A DNA stretch of 63,060 nucleotides, counting the filler, from Reticulomyxa filosa (lineage: Eukaryota; Protista; Foraminifera): assembly GCA_000512085.1 (NCBI GenBank). It is 21 parts of 21 records of this genome, joined end to end, with 100 filler letters (N's around TTAATTAATTAA, not from the genome) between each part and the next. Parts side by side here need not be neighbours in the genome. Positions count along the whole stretch, not along the records: positions 41,469 to 42,653 come from ASPP01014258.1; positions 42,754 to 46,245 come from ASPP01005191.1; positions 46,346 to 49,002 come from ASPP01011287.1; positions 49,103 to 50,455 come from ASPP01041358.1; positions 50,556 to 52,137 come from ASPP01039094.1; positions 52,238 to 57,209 come from ASPP01026537.1; 15 more parts are not named here. One strand, written 5' to 3'. Each line of letters opens with the position of its first letter. The first letter of the stretch is position 1. The notes under the pieces were generated by a model. It ran no database searches, was not told the origin of the DNA, and worked only from the letters and a program-made list of their open reading frames with translations. Of the stretch, positions 41,617 through 54,955 are shown one piece after another. The translations under genes were made by a program, and so were the position numbers.

Positions 41617-42635
41617 CTACCAAACGTACCGATGGAAGCTTGAATCTGACATTGATAGCACAGGGAACTCTTTTGCAACGGGTAGACCGCAGATCGCTGC
41701 GAATCTTTGTGTGATGCAGTCAATCAATGAACAAATAAATAAACAAATAGAATACATGAATGAATGAATGAATGAATGAATGAATGAATGAATGAATGAA
41801 TGAATGAATTGTAACATACAATGGCCACACGGCTAATGTCCAAAAAGGACTTTCCTGGAATGTAGTCTTCTTCCGCGTCGTGCACTTGTTTCAAATGGGC
41901 CAACGCGATGGTGTGTTTCTTGAAACACTTTTCGCAGTACGGACATTGGAATACGCCCTTTTCATGTTTATCTTTATCTCTTTTGTATGATCGAGACGAG
42001 CTTCAACGCATTAGCTCATTTAAAGAAATAAAGCAGAACCTCTCTCTCTCTCTCTCTCTTTCAAAAAACAAAACAAACAGCAAGTCTAAACTCTTGGATG
42101 CTCCAGTTGATAGTGCTCTTTCAATCGACTCTCATTGGTAAACGTGTTCCCACATTGAGGCGCATTGCATGCAAAGATTTGATCGTCAAAGCAGACTTTC
42201 GACTCGCAACTTGTCAGCTGCTTTTTTCGGCCCTTGTCACGTGCTGTGCTTTCGTCGAGACATGACGACAATGATGGTATCAGCTTGCTTCTATCTCTGT
42301 CCTCATCCCCCCATCATCATCATCATCATCACCATTTCCATCGTTATTCCATGTTCACACATTTAAAAAAAAAAAAAAAAAAACAACTTAACATACAATA
42401 ATGTTCCGACGGTAGGGCTGCTCAAAGGCATGGCAGCAAACACGTTGGACTGAACTGGAGGAAGGAATGACGAATTTGCAATCGTCGCCACTTTCTGTTT
42501 TTTGCACATGCTCGTCACATTGTCCGTGTCATCGTTGCCTCGTTCTCCCTCTTCTCTCTCGCTTTTGATCGTCTTCCGTTGACGTTTTTTCCCAGTCTTT
42601 TTGTTTGCATTTATCTCATACTTTGGAGATTGCAT
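41617..42635 (-). CDS. C2H2 zinc-finger protein, multi-exon, partial
   Basis: FACNAPQCGNTFTNESRLKEHYQLEH and FQCPYCEKCFKKHTIALAHLKQVH. Confidence 0.8.
41757..41809 (+). repeat. (TGAA)n microsatellite in an intron
   Basis: About 13 perfect tetranucleotide units. Confidence 0.95.
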
Positions 42636-42753
42636 ATTATTATTATTATTATTNNNNNNNNNNNNNNNNNNNNNNNNNNNNNNNNNNNNNNNNNNNNTTA
42701 ATTAATTAANNNNNNNNNNNNNNNNNNNNNNNNNNNNNNNNNNNNNNNNNNNN

Positions 42754-45075
42754 GTGGATGCTGTGGATGTTGTGGATGCCGTGGCTGTTGTGGATGCTGT
42801 GGCTGTTGTGGATGTTGAGAAAAACCGGCCTGTTGATTTGGATACTCGTGTCGAAACCAATGTTGCACTCTTCCAAACAATTGTTGCTTGTTCAGTGAAA
42901 CATGTCTGCGATTTTCATTGGAAACGCAAATATTCAGGCCATAATCAATATGCTCCTGTTGATTGGAATTGTCATAAGACGTCTGACCATAACTAAAGTC
43001 ACCAAAGCAAACACAAAGACAAGAAATATGTTTATTAAAAAAAAAAGTATTGAATTCTATATATTACAACATACCGTAAAAAATTATTATCTTGCCATGG
43101 TCTGGGTCTCTCCCCACTCCAATTTCTATTTCTGTCTCTATTCCGTTCTCTATTTTGGTCGTTGTATTGGTTTCTACTCCTATCTCTGTCTCTGCTTCTG
43201 TCTCTGTCATCATATCTATGTCTTTCTCTGCTGTCATCCCTCGTTCGATATGTATTGAACCTGTTTCTGTCACCGATATCTGTTTGATTGTAGTGGGATC
43301 GCTTGTCTGCAGAATAGGCAAATCGTGTATCGTTGGATGTAATACGAGACCTAGATTTTCTGGAGTACTCAGTAAACGGGGGATGAAGATTATGATGATG
43401 ATGATGATGATGATGAGAAGGAGGAGGGAGAACGGCAAAGTCAGGACTGCCGTAATGATTTTGAAAAGGAGAAAATGGAGGAGGTTGAAATACATGGCGA
43501 TGGAATGTGTTTCCTCCTTGATCTCGACCTTGAATGCTTTCAAATTCAGGAACTTGATCCTTGGTTCTGAAATCTTCATTTGTGTCGCCATTGCGCGAAT
43601 ATTTCCTTGCAATTCTCGTTTGAGAGTTTTGTTGTTGCATTTCGATTCTTATTTGTTTCACTTCCTCCGCAGACTTGTAAATCTGCAAAGGAATTACCCA
43701 TTTTTCCACTTCCGTGATCGGTTGATACTCTGCAGACTCCTCCTTTCTATTTGGAGTGCTTGCGTCTTCTTGTGTGGCCTCAGTCTTATCAACTGTTTCT
43801 GTTTTCTCAGTGAAGTTATTTTCGTTTTTCGATTGTTGTTGTTGTTGTTGCTGTTGTTGTTGTTGTTGTTGCATCTCTTCTTCCATTCCAACAGGTTTGT
43901 TTTGTTCTGTCAACATTTTCAATTCTTCCTTTGGTGGCTCTTGTGACTCTTTGTTTAGGTTTACATCTTTTTCTGTTTCTATTTCTGTTTGTTTTCCTAT
44001 TTCTTTTTCTATATCTTCTCCCTTTATTTCCTCTGTGTCACATTTCCAATCAATGTGCGAATTCACGTCGACTGGATTTTGCACCGTTTCGATGGACGCA
44101 GCAGGACATTGGCCTTCCTCGCCAATCACAGACTTGACTAAGGATTTATATATCGTCTCGACCTCGACTTCCGTTTCCGGCGTGTCAACTGGTTTTGGTG
44201 CGCTTTCTATTTCTATGTGTTATGATAGATAACAAAGTATCGTCATGTTCAACGTTCAATATTCAGTGTTTCGGCTCATATTAGAAAATAAAATGCAACA
44301 CAATGGCTCGTACTCACTTGGATCGGTGTCGCCATTGTTGTCATTGTCGTCTTTTTTCGAGTCGCTTTTGTAATAGCGCGCTTTTGGAATCGTTTCCAAG
44401 TCTTTCACCGATCGGAATGACGTCATCCTGTTTCGAATGGGATCATTTAGAGAGATGTATACATTACGATACCCTTTGCTCTCAAAGCACAAAACAACAA
44501 CTCAACGAGGAATATGTTTGGTAAATCTTTGAATTCAATTGCACATTAGGTCGGTTGATAGCCTGGTCACATTCGCTCACTTTGTGTTTGCTTCCACAGT
44601 TAAAACATTTCTATTCTCATCAAAAAAAAAACAAGGCTGTTCAATTGCTTTGCAGAAAAGGGGACAGAATACAGAAGTGCCGTGCTTGGCATTTACATAC
44701 ACCGAGGTTGCTCAAATTTTTTTTCATTGGTAACGGCAACAGGTTGTGCGGTTCGTAATGTAATCTCTCCGATTCTCTGGAGTCATCCTCATTTCCTTGG
44801 TTGTCAATACAAAAAAAATGCCTCGGCTGGGCTTGTCCAAACGAAGGAGATTGATATATTTGAACGTGCGGTACTCGTGAAACAATTGGTTGATATGGTA
44901 AGGCTGTCACTGGATAATGATAATCTGACGGTAGTATTTGCACATTTCCAAGTGGATTTGAATATGACGGAGATTGAGGAAAATATGAATACATGGATTT
45001 GTGAATTGATGCAAGCACAGAAATTGTCCCTGCAGAAAGTTCTTTGTAACAGTGAGCCACCCTATACGAATACAA
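42754..45075 (-). CDS. Hypothetical protein with Q, H and RD-rich low-complexity tracts; 5' half disrupted
   Basis: Long ORF 43035-44129 has poly-Q, poly-H and DRDRSRDR tracts. Upstream frames (44256-44492, 44641-45075) look coding but are separated by stops and frameshifts. Confidence 0.45.
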
Positions 45076-45955
45076 TCGTAACGATTGAAAGGTGAAAATT
45101 CATTTGTCATTTAGCTCAATTTTGATCGTTAAAAATGCTACTGAAAATTAAACAACAAGCACTTTAGAATCAATTTTTATCACAAAACAAAATCGAATAT
45201 CCGCTGTCGATCTTCTTTTTAATTTAAATTGCCGTCAAACAAGTCAATCCATAACACAAACCAAAAAAAATTTGGGCAACTTAAAAGCAACAATTCCACG
45301 TGGAAGCGGGAAAAAAACAAGGGAAAAACCGAATAAACAGAAAAAAAACAACAACAGAAAAAAAAGTGCCAAGCAAACCGGAAACATAATAGAAACATGT
45401 TCCACAACACCCAACAATCAACCAAAAAAGCAAAGAAAAACTTAGACAAATGCACAAAGGCTTCACAAAAACAAGACAAGGATTTTCCAGAATTCTTTTC
45501 GGTTCACTCCAAGTTGTGCCTCTCAAAACAGGGAGAGATTCTGGGGAAAAAAAACTAATCGCAAGAAAAGGAAAAGAGACAAGACAAACAACCGAAAACA
45601 AAGACAAGAAAACAACAAAAGAAACAACTGCCGTAGGTCCACAATTTGGTTTTGTTATTTTATTGTTTTGGTAATTGCTTGTTTCATGTTTGAACTCTCT
45701 TTTCTTTCTCTTCTCCCTCTTGGTTACACAACATGGTGAATTAAAAAAAAAGTAAATAATAAAAAAAATAATATAAAGAAAGAGCGAGGAAAAACACGTC
45801 ATCACAAATGTGAGGGAAAAAAAAAGCTTGGAATGAAAGAATGAATCAAATAAAAAAAAACAAATGAACGACAACAAAGAACAAAACAAACAAGAAAAAA
45901 AGCACCTGTCTACATTACCAAAAACAACCAAAAAACAAATGAGCAAAACTCAAAT

Positions 45956-46166
45956 TTACAACGTTGGATCAAACAACACTTTGCATGCTTCACCAGAGAA
46001 CAATGCCTCATAACCCTTTTTCCATTCGCTTAATGGCAAATGATGGGACACCACAAGTGAAGTTCGAATTTTTCCTTCGACGATCAATCGTTCTGCTTCT
46101 TTCCATGTGTGAAATATACGTCGACCGTGAATAGTACGTAATTGCAAACTTTTGAAAATTACATTC
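45956..46166 (-). CDS. tdh: Last exon of a Zn-dependent (MDR) L-threonine 3-dehydrogenase-like enzyme
   Basis: NVIFKSLQLRTIHGRRIFHTW....LI.....SLVVSHHLPLSEWKKGYEALFSGEACKVLF matches the C-terminus of bacterial Tdh. It is preceded by an A-rich intron ending in AG. Confidence 0.75.
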
Positions 46167-46345
46167 CTTTTTTTTTTTTTTTTTTTTTTTGAAGTGTAAA
46201 ATTAACCAATGGACGTTTTCTTGATATGCAAGCTAACAACAACAANNNNNNNNNNNNNNNNNNNNNNNNNNNNNNNNNNNNNNNNNNNNTTAATTAATTA
46301 ANNNNNNNNNNNNNNNNNNNNNNNNNNNNNNNNNNNNNNNNNNNN

Positions 46346-47269
46346 AAAAAAAAAAAAAAAAAAATATAATAACCATTCTTGTTTTTTTTCTTTACTCTTG
46401 GCAGCCACTTGGTCAATCATTTTTTTCATAAAGTCGATAGCTTCCAACAAACTCTCGCTGGAAAAATCGCTGCTCTCGTGCGTGATGGCGGTGTACATGT
46501 TTGCTAGCAACTGCAAGTACGTAGGGAGCTTTTGATAGGCTCTTCCAAATACGATTGCAACGACCGTCCACACAACTCCTCACTCACTTCCAAAAAGTCC
46601 ACAAACTTCTTGCTTTTCTTCTTTAGCTGGTCCAAACGTCCCACGCCTGTCTTTACGTTGTCGATATATTCACTGTACAGCTTCAGATACGGACCAAACT
46701 TTTTCATTTCTTCCCCGATTCCATCTCTGATCGCTGGAAGTCCCCCTTTTATACCTGCGCAACCCGCACAAACACATGTTATATCATATGCATAGGCATG
46801 TATGTATAGCATATGTGAATATGCATACGTATACGTATATATAATACATACGTACGCTATATATGTATATGTATATATAACCTAATTTAATTAAATCTTC
46901 CAAAAAAGATTGATTCGCATCGCCAATGGTTTTGAAAACTCCAAAAATTGATAAAATCTCTTTTTCACTTAAAACGGGGTTGTTCCTTTTCGCCATGATC
47001 GTCAAACGGTGCTGAAAGTGATGGTACCCGTTCTTTAAGTTTTCCACATATTGCCTCTCGCTGTCATAGAATGCAAATATCGCTTCCTCCATTGTTATCT
47101 CTCGCTCTTTGGGAACTATCTTCTCATCGCTCGCGTCTTCCACCTGCTTCACTTCTTCTGCAAACTCATTATCAAACTTCTCCTCTTTCACTTCCATGTC
47201 TGCACCTTCTGAGCTCATCATTTTGCCACTTAGAGGTGGCGGTGGTGGATATGAATCATAGCCGGACAT
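46346..47269 (-). CDS. Dbl-homology (RhoGEF) domain protein, 3'-partial, 1-bp frameshift ~46533
   Basis: FYDSERQYVENL, LSEKEILSIFG and GPYLKLYSEYIDN motifs; SLQSYLEEPI continues as QKLPTYLQLL in another frame. Intron at ~46755-46882. Confidence 0.85.
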
Positions 47270-48419
47270 TTCTCTTGGCTGACAAGATATTTTTTTTTCT
47301 TGTATTTATAATCCCTTGCAGAATGTGCGTGCTCTTGTTTTTCAACTAGTGCTGATACGTTGAAAAAAAAAAAAAAAAGTTGAATGTCAGAATGGACCGG
47401 AGAGGTCACCAAAAATATAGCCACTTGCAAACAATAGTTATTTTCATTTTCTCTTAAGAGGTCGTTGGGAAATAATAAACGACCCTTTTCAAACAAAAAT
47501 TGAGATATTGAATAGAAAAAATAAAAAAACAAAATAACTATGCTTGTGCTTGTTTTTACAAAATATATGCATTAATTTTTCTCCTCCTTTTTCCTTTCCT
47601 TTTAATCAAATGACTAAAAGCACTACAACGACAAATACGCTTTTTTTTCATTTGATTGAAAACACCGACTCGATTAGATACTCGGTAACTATGCCTCTCA
47701 TATAAGTCAGACCAACCAATTTACACAGTTTATCAACTACTTTTCACTCACTATGTCAATATCCACATCCTGCTCTTTCATTGCTGTCGATGAGTTTATT
47801 GTAAATGAACGAGCCACAAACACTTGCCACACAACACACAAAAACAAACTGCCTCCCTTTTTAAGTGGCTGCTTTTTGTACACTGTGTCTAGTGCTTTCT
47901 TTTTTAAAATAACCATGTTATATAACTTTTCGCTTAATAACTTTTAAAATTTTAACAAACGTGTTAAAACTGAGAGACTTAGTAACGGTCAGTTACAGTT
48001 TTTTAAGTAGAAAAACCCCTTTCAGAATACCTTTTCTTGGAAAAGGATAACATTATCCAAAAACGACAAGCAAAAAATGATGACAGCATATGTCAATTTT
48101 TGCAATGTTTCCTTTTGTAGTAGTATACGTTTGAGCCAACAAGCATAAAATTTTTTTTTTTTTCAGAAACAGCTTGGGCACTAAAAAAAAAACTTTTCAA
48201 ATACAAAAAAAAAATCTGTTGCGTTTATTGAAGCCAAAGTTAGTAAAACGATGTCCGGTATCAATAATGATCAAGTGCATGAATCAAGTTAAATCCGTTT
48301 GTATCTTTTTACAATTAGGAGGAGTGAAAAAATCCAAAAAACGTGCCAAAAAAAATAAATAAAAAAAAATAGTATATCTCTATATATGTGGTACATATAT
48401 ATGTATATAATATACAGAG

Positions 48420-48953
48420 GCAATATTCTGGGTAAAAGTAGTAATATTGTGGCTGTGTTGGGTGGTGAGTGTGATACTATTGATAACGTACACTCGACAA
48501 CTGCATTCGTATCGAATTTTCCATAAAAATTCGACAAGACATACAAACCGAATAACGATGTTAACACGCAAGTTGTCACAGCATGGTTCTCCAGTGCAAA
48601 CGCCAACAGGGAGACGTTCGCCTCGTCATGGACACAACAACAATAACAGCAAAAAGCAACTGCCCGATTTTGCGGACATGAAAACGATGGAAAAGCTGGA
48701 AGAAGCGTTGGCATTATCGCTGTCAAACGAAGAAAAAAAAAACAAAAGAAAAAGCAGAAACAGAAATAAAAACAAAGACACTAACGAAAATGCGAATGAG
48801 AATAAAACAGGAGAGAATAGTGAGAATAACAAAGACGGAAGAACAAGAACAAATACAGACAATGATAACCATGACAATAATAATAATAATAATAATAATA
48901 ATGATAATAATAATGATAATAATAACAATAATAATGATAGCAATAACGATAGC

Positions 48954-48994
<41 letters not shown>

Positions 48995-49002
48995 TAACAA
49001 CG
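48420..49002 (+). CDS. Asn-rich low-complexity protein fragment with (AAT)n tract
   Basis: Open frame to the contig end; no recognisable domain. Confidence 0.45.
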
Positions 49003-49102
49003 NNNNNNNNNNNNNNNNNNNNNNNNNNNNNNNNNNNNNNNNNNNNTTAATTAATTAANNNNNNNNNNNNNNNNNNNNNNNNNNNNNNNNNNNNNNNNNN
49101 NN

Positions 49103-49243
49103 ATGATATTTAAAAACTACACGATTTGTATATATTTTTTAAAAAATAAAAAAAAATTTTGATTTGATGTTGTTTTTTCATGGAGAAAATCGATTCTCTT
49201 CATATAGTGCCATTTAGGTATGTCAGTTTTTTGCAATCTGCTG
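49103..49243 (-). mobile_element. Tc1/mariner-like terminal repeat, copy C
   Basis: Reverse complement reads TA|CAGCAGATTGCAAAAAACTGACATACCTAAATGGCACTATATGAAGAGAATCGATTTTCTCCATGAAAA; runs into the contig end. Confidence 0.7.
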
Positions 49244-50555
49244 TACTCTAAACTAGTAACAACATTTTTATCATCTTTTTTTTCTGGAGTAAACTTTTGT
49301 TAGAAAAGGACAAAATTGGAGTGAAAACAGTGCTATCCACTTGCAAAAAATTTTTAGATTAGATACTAGTTCATTCTTCTGTGTTTGGCTTGAAAGACTT
49401 GGAAAAAAAGAAATTTCTATTTTGTGATTTTTTAAATATCAATTTACTTTTCTCTCATGTTAGCAATAGATAGAATGACATACTACATAATTTTAAAAAC
49501 CAAGGAATATTTGAATATGCATGATCTACTGCAAATTAAAAATTCTCTTTAAAAAAATCCTTATGCGAAGTCATTTTATTTTTTACAAAATATAATAAAT
49601 AATTTACAATAAATACAGCATGAGCCATAATTGTATGCAATCCAAATCAGATGAATATCTTATTTGACGAATTTCTTTTTTTCAGTTATTCAATTTCACT
49701 GAAAAGAATAAAACTATTCAATAAAGATGTTATGGTTCAAACAAAGGTCCGATTCATGTGCATAAAGTTTTATTTTGAATTTATGACAATTTTGTGAAAT
49801 GAAATAAAAAACAAATGAAGAAAAAAGAAAGAATGTTTTAAGTCATTTGCACTAATTTCTCGCGGTTTCATATTGTGCACAAAAGACTTTGTAGTATTGT
49901 CGTGGTACTGTCTACAATCATTGCACTTTCACTTATTTCATTTGATTTGTTTGGAGTTAGCAGTCAAACTTGTTCTATTTTCATTAGGTTGTTTTCAATG
50001 TCCCCATCGTTGTCATATTCCAAAGATTTGATTGAAAATTACAAATTATGCCAAAAAAATCAATACCAAAGGATATCACAAGTCCAAAGGAAAAATTTGC
50101 ATAAAATCGCTTCACAATTTATCTTGTTGAAAATCTTTAGATTTTCCTTTATTGTCGTTTCTGTTATCTTATCCCACATTTACTTTTTAATTAGTGGTGC
50201 ATTATTTCTTATATTGTTATTTTTATTATTATCATTTCGTTTTGTGTTGTCTTTTGCTTCGAATGTCATTGATACACTTCCTTATTGCTTCTGATTTTCG
50301 GATTCATTGCATGATATCTGGCCCAGATATAGTTGTATTATCCACGCATTTCATTTAAGTTAATTTTTTCCTTATTTACTTGCATTTATTATTGCAATTT
50401 TTAACTGTGAAAGGCTTTTTGTGGTATTTTCCTTGCCTGTATTCTTGTTGCTATTNNNNNNNNNNNNNNNNNNNNNNNNNNNNNNNNNNNNNNNNNNNNT
50501 TAATTAATTAANNNNNNNNNNNNNNNNNNNNNNNNNNNNNNNNNNNNNNNNNNNN

Positions 50556-50720
50556 TTAGTAGATATTTTTTTAAAAAAAAATTAGGTTTAAATCTTTATT
50601 TTTCATGGAGAAAATCGATTCTCTTCATATAGTGCCATTTAGGTGTGGCAGTTTTTTTTGCAATCTACTGTATCATCATAAGATATGTTTTAGGCGTTCA
50701 GTTTTCTTTGCAACCTACTG
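50556..50720 (-). mobile_element. Nested Tc1/mariner-like terminal repeats (copy D inside a B-type end)
   Basis: Reverse complement reads TA|CAGTAGGTTGCAAAGAAAACTGAACGCC...ATGATGA TA|CAGTAGATTGCAAAAAAAACTGCCACACCTAAATGGCACTATATGAAGAG. Confidence 0.72.
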
Positions 50721-51814
50721 TACGTTCAACAAGACAGTTTTGAAACTCTGAATTGTTTATTTTCATTTTCTTAGTTTGATTCAAAAGCTTTAACAGGAGC
50801 CATGAAAAGGAAGACAAGAATCAATTGTTAAGATGCACTCAAATATGTCTAATTTTTTCATGAAATCAACAAATTACAAACTAAAAAAGATACCAATTTA
50901 ATTTTACTTTTCTTTTTAAAGCCACTAGCGAAAGAGAAAAAAAAGGGGTCTTTGTTTTTATTGTTGAGTTCCATTCCTCTCATGAACAGATGCTTTTGTT
51001 TCTATAAGTTACATAAAAAATCTTTACCTTTTGTTTTGGAATGTAGAAAAACTTTTGATGTGAAACAAGTTTCGTCCAATTGAACGACATTCCTAGAGAA
51101 ACGGTGTTTAATACCTGGAGAATGATATATTTTTTTATCCTTACGATTGTTGAGATCCCTTTTAAAAGAATAATGTATTGGTTTTTTTTAGATTCGCACT
51201 TTTCCGAAGAAGCGAAAATATGTGGAAATTGTTCAATATAAATTAAAAATATATAATTTGATAATTGCATGATAAAAATTGTTATCAAAAATAATTAAAA
51301 GGAAAAATTACGTAGGTGAATATTTTATAAGCCAGTTCAATACTGCAAAAGTGATCTTTATTTATTGCTTCAAAAAGTTGTAATTAAATATATGAGTAAT
51401 GAAAATAATAACAATGAAATAAATAAATTAATGAAATGGGTTCTTTTTACAGACAATTACAATCACATAATTCACATTAGAAGAGATAAAGATAGTTATC
51501 GAGGAGCGCGTGTCTTGAAATATTCCTTTGCTTAACAAAGTAAAAGGCAAGTGGCATTTAATTTTAATCTAACTATATAATCTTGTTTTCATAAAAATGA
51601 AAAGGTATTTTTTTTCTGTGCTCGAAGGCTATTACGTTAATCAAAACGATTATCGATTTAAAAAGGAGCTGATCAAAGTTACATTTGAATAATTACAAAT
51701 CTGATGTTTAATTAGAAAAGAAATGCTTAAAAAATATGTTAATTAATGATTAAAAAATATTTAATTAATTCTCAAACTGTTCAACCAAATTTTTTTATTG
51801 TTAAAAAAACAATA

Positions 51815-52137
51815 TTATCCCCAAATACAAATAGAACCATTGCCTGAACCATAAAACAGATTAATATTGTTTTTTCTGTTTTTTAATTTTACAAATTTCA
51901 AGCACGTTATTCCACTATCTTTTTCATCGTCTCCTTTGATTATATATAATTCTTTTTATTTGATCGAACATCCCAAAAGCGAATTGTGTTATCAATTGAT
52001 CCAGAACATATTACATTTGAAGTACCACCAACTTCATTATTATCTACTATAAATGGTGAATATCCAACAGCACATACAAGATTTGTATGCTCGTTGAATA
52101 CTTGAATTTGTTTACCAGATCGAATATCCCACAAACG
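51815..52137 (-). CDS. WD40-repeat protein C-terminus (frameshift ~51955)
   Basis: RLWDIRSGKQIQVFNEHTNLV...CSGSIDNTIRFWDVRS, then GITCLKF...LFYGSGNGSICIWG* in a shifted frame. Confidence 0.88.
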
Positions 52138-52287
52138 NNNNNNNNNNNNNNNNNNNNNNNNNNNNNNNNNNNNNNNNNNNNTTAATTAATTAANNNNNNN
52201 NNNNNNNNNNNNNNNNNNNNNNNNNNNNNNNNNNNNNTAAGCAAAAAAAAAAAAAAAAATACATATTTGGGCCAATCAAAACTTAAG

Positions 52288-52795
52288 ACATGTGGATAGT
52301 AATGCGGTGTGGTGTGGAACTGGAGATGACTTTGGCTACTATGAGGATAACAAAACAGTGACAATGGAATGGCGACACGACAATAAACAAACACTCGAAC
52401 CAATCAAAGTACACGATAATAGCATTGAATTCGACTTTATGCATGAGACCAATGTTTGGGCGGAATGGAATGATATTGACATCTGTCGAGGTGTCAAAGG
52501 CATCCTTGTCAAGCCCAAATTTTTTCAAGAGTATTTTTGGAATGCAAGTGAGTATTTCATTGGTTGTTGGTGGGATGATGACAATTTCAATTCTTTCAAT
52601 TTTGAAAGACAAGGAATTGCACGAAAAGAGTTTCGAGTTAAACGATCTCCTCAATCTTCACGCAAACTGCTTGGGAGTTTGACACAAATCAATAACAAAC
52701 TTAAATCGAATACTAACTGCAAAAAAGCCTGGATGGCTAAACACCTTAATGTTTTTTCTCGATCAAGGAGACATCGAGCTACTTCTCCCAAATAA
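52288..52795 (+). CDS. Last exon of a hypothetical protein, weakly GT-A glycosyltransferase-like
   Basis: DIDICRGVKGILVKPKFF...WDDDNFNS...RQGI resembles the C-terminal half of some GT-A enzymes; preceded by an A-rich AG acceptor. Confidence 0.35.
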
Positions 52796-53113
52796 AACCA
52801 GTCAAATAATGCTTTCTCTTGTTAATTTAAAAAAAAAATCAACCAATCAAGACACTTTTTGTTCAAAGTTTCTGATTTGTTGAATAGAGAAAAAATTAAA
52901 ATAAAATGTAATAACAAGCAATTTTAAAGTGTACAAAAAGAATTCATTGCAATAAACTTTAATTGAAAAATCCATTATTGTGGACGTGTTTTATTACAAA
53001 AAAGATCAACTGATTCAAGCAAATGATAGCAAAAAAAAAAAAGAAAACACAAAAATTGCTCAATCTGGCAATCATTTGAAAAAAAATGTTAGGTATCCAT
53101 TTTTTTACAGTGA

Positions 53114-54927
53114 TTACCGATGGCAAGAACTATGCATTTGAATGTTTTTGATGCAGTCTACCATTCTCTGTGACTTGCTGAAATGGACCATTTTGTGACC
53201 TCCTAAGTTTTTCACTTCTTTGGTGTTTTCATGTCCGTCATCAATAAACACAAATCTTCCAATGTGCGGAATGGAAGGGGCTGCATTGTGAAACAATTGT
53301 CGATGATTAAAATCACGAAAAATATTATTTTAAATGTTCAAATTGTTGTTTCTGTTTTTCAGGAACTTTCTGAGAACAACAAAAAAAAAAGAATGAATGA
53401 TTGAAAAAGTTAAATAAGTTCTTTTCTTGCAAGATTTGGATTTGAACAAAAGTAGTGTGATTATTGAATTGATAGATTATTTGAAGAATTGATGCGATTA
53501 TCATTTTTTTTCCCAAGTTTGGCCAATACATTATCTGGGCTTGATACGACCGAAAGTGCGGAAATCCACCAAGATGATTTGATCAACTAATTCATCGGGT
53601 AGCAAATTATGAAAGTTGAATTTCTTTGAGATTTCCACGACCCAATAATCCTTCTCTTGGACATGCGGTTTGCATTAGTTTTATACGGTATCTGCAAGCA
53701 ATCCATTCCAAGAATATTGCTGCAAATCCAATCTTTCAACACTTGAGCCACTTTTTCATCACTGGCAAAGACTTCTTCACAATACAGCTTCATCAAATTG
53801 CGCAAACTTTTCACCACATTCAATTGGATTGGTTTCATCGTCTTCTCTTTAAAGTCTTTTAATTTTTTTTCCAATCATCTCTGACTTCATTATGAATCAC
53901 TATGTAAAAGCAGCGTTTTAATTCTTTGACTAATTTTCTAAATCATTTCCAGTTCCACAAAAAAAAAAAATAATACGTATACGTAAAAAAAACAATGTAT
54001 ATATAAATTATAAAAAACTCAAGAGTTGAGAATTCTTTGTAATACATAATTAAAATTTCTATGATTTCATTATCTTTTGTTGTTCGTGAGTGCAAAGTAA
54101 GACAATTTGTTGAATATTGATGTCATCACTTTCGCTGCCATCAGCATTGTTTGCATTGATGCTATTGCTGATGGACCTTTCGACAACACTTAGGTTCCGA
54201 ACTAACGACTGGAATCCCATAGGCTAGCATGGCGCTGTCCATATTTACAACAGCTTTGAGCTTGCTTTCGTGACCGTCCAACACTCGAATGGCGGTGCGA
54301 ATAACCTCTTGATTAAGCTTTTCTTTGCAGATAAATCTCTGGCCCATGACGTCGGAATCAAATCCTAAAAGCAGCAAGAAATTGATGACTCCTTCATATT
54401 CGAAAAGTCGTTCTTCCACTTTGTGATTGACCATATATAATGTATGATACATATTGTCGTCATTCAACAACTTCTTCGCGGCACTTCGCAGCGTGTTGAA
54501 CACATGTCTGTGGTCGTTCGAATGTGTCTTTTTTTTTTCATTTCATCGCCAGCCACATTGTCGTTACCACTTCAAATGCCTTTGTTCTGTGACAGCGCGC
54601 ATCATGTTGTAATTCGTCACGTGCTTGCTCGCGACTCGCACATCCCCGTTGTTGCTGTTGTAGTCTTCGAATAATGATATCAAATAACCCTTTCGTCCAT
54701 TTGACGATTGCGATATCATCGATTTGCATTTGTTTGGGTACGCACTGGCATTGCTCGGTCGTGATTGATGTTTATTATTATTACTATTATTGTTATTATG
54801 GTATCGCTTCAGTTCATCTGTCAGTCACTAAATCAAATATTCTTCATTATATTCTGATGTCGTTGTTACTGTTTTCATAATTGATTCAATCAATTCTAAT
54901 GTATATTTTCGATTTAACACTTTTCAT
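53114..54927 (-). pseudogene. Decayed PUB-domain + RasGEF (REM + CDC25) gene
   Basis: PUB: KLLNDDNMYHTLYMVNHKVEERLFEYEGVINFLLLLGF. REM: IQLNVVKSLRNLMKLYCEEVFASD. CDC25: LVDQIILVDFRTFGRIKPR*CIGQTWEKK, QFNNHTTFVQIQIL, PSIPHIG..FIDDG and HFSK. Stops, frameshifts and deletions throughout. Confidence 0.75.
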
Positions 54928-54955
54928 CTTTTCTGTTATAGAAGATTGTGCTAAG

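Noticed and set aside
44256-44560. Faint resemblance to the Ars2/SERRATE RRM region
   Set aside because: Too short and interrupted by stops to support a call.
51815-52137. WD40 fragment as the sensor of the NACHT protein
   Set aside because: It lies on a different contig; there is no linkage evidence.
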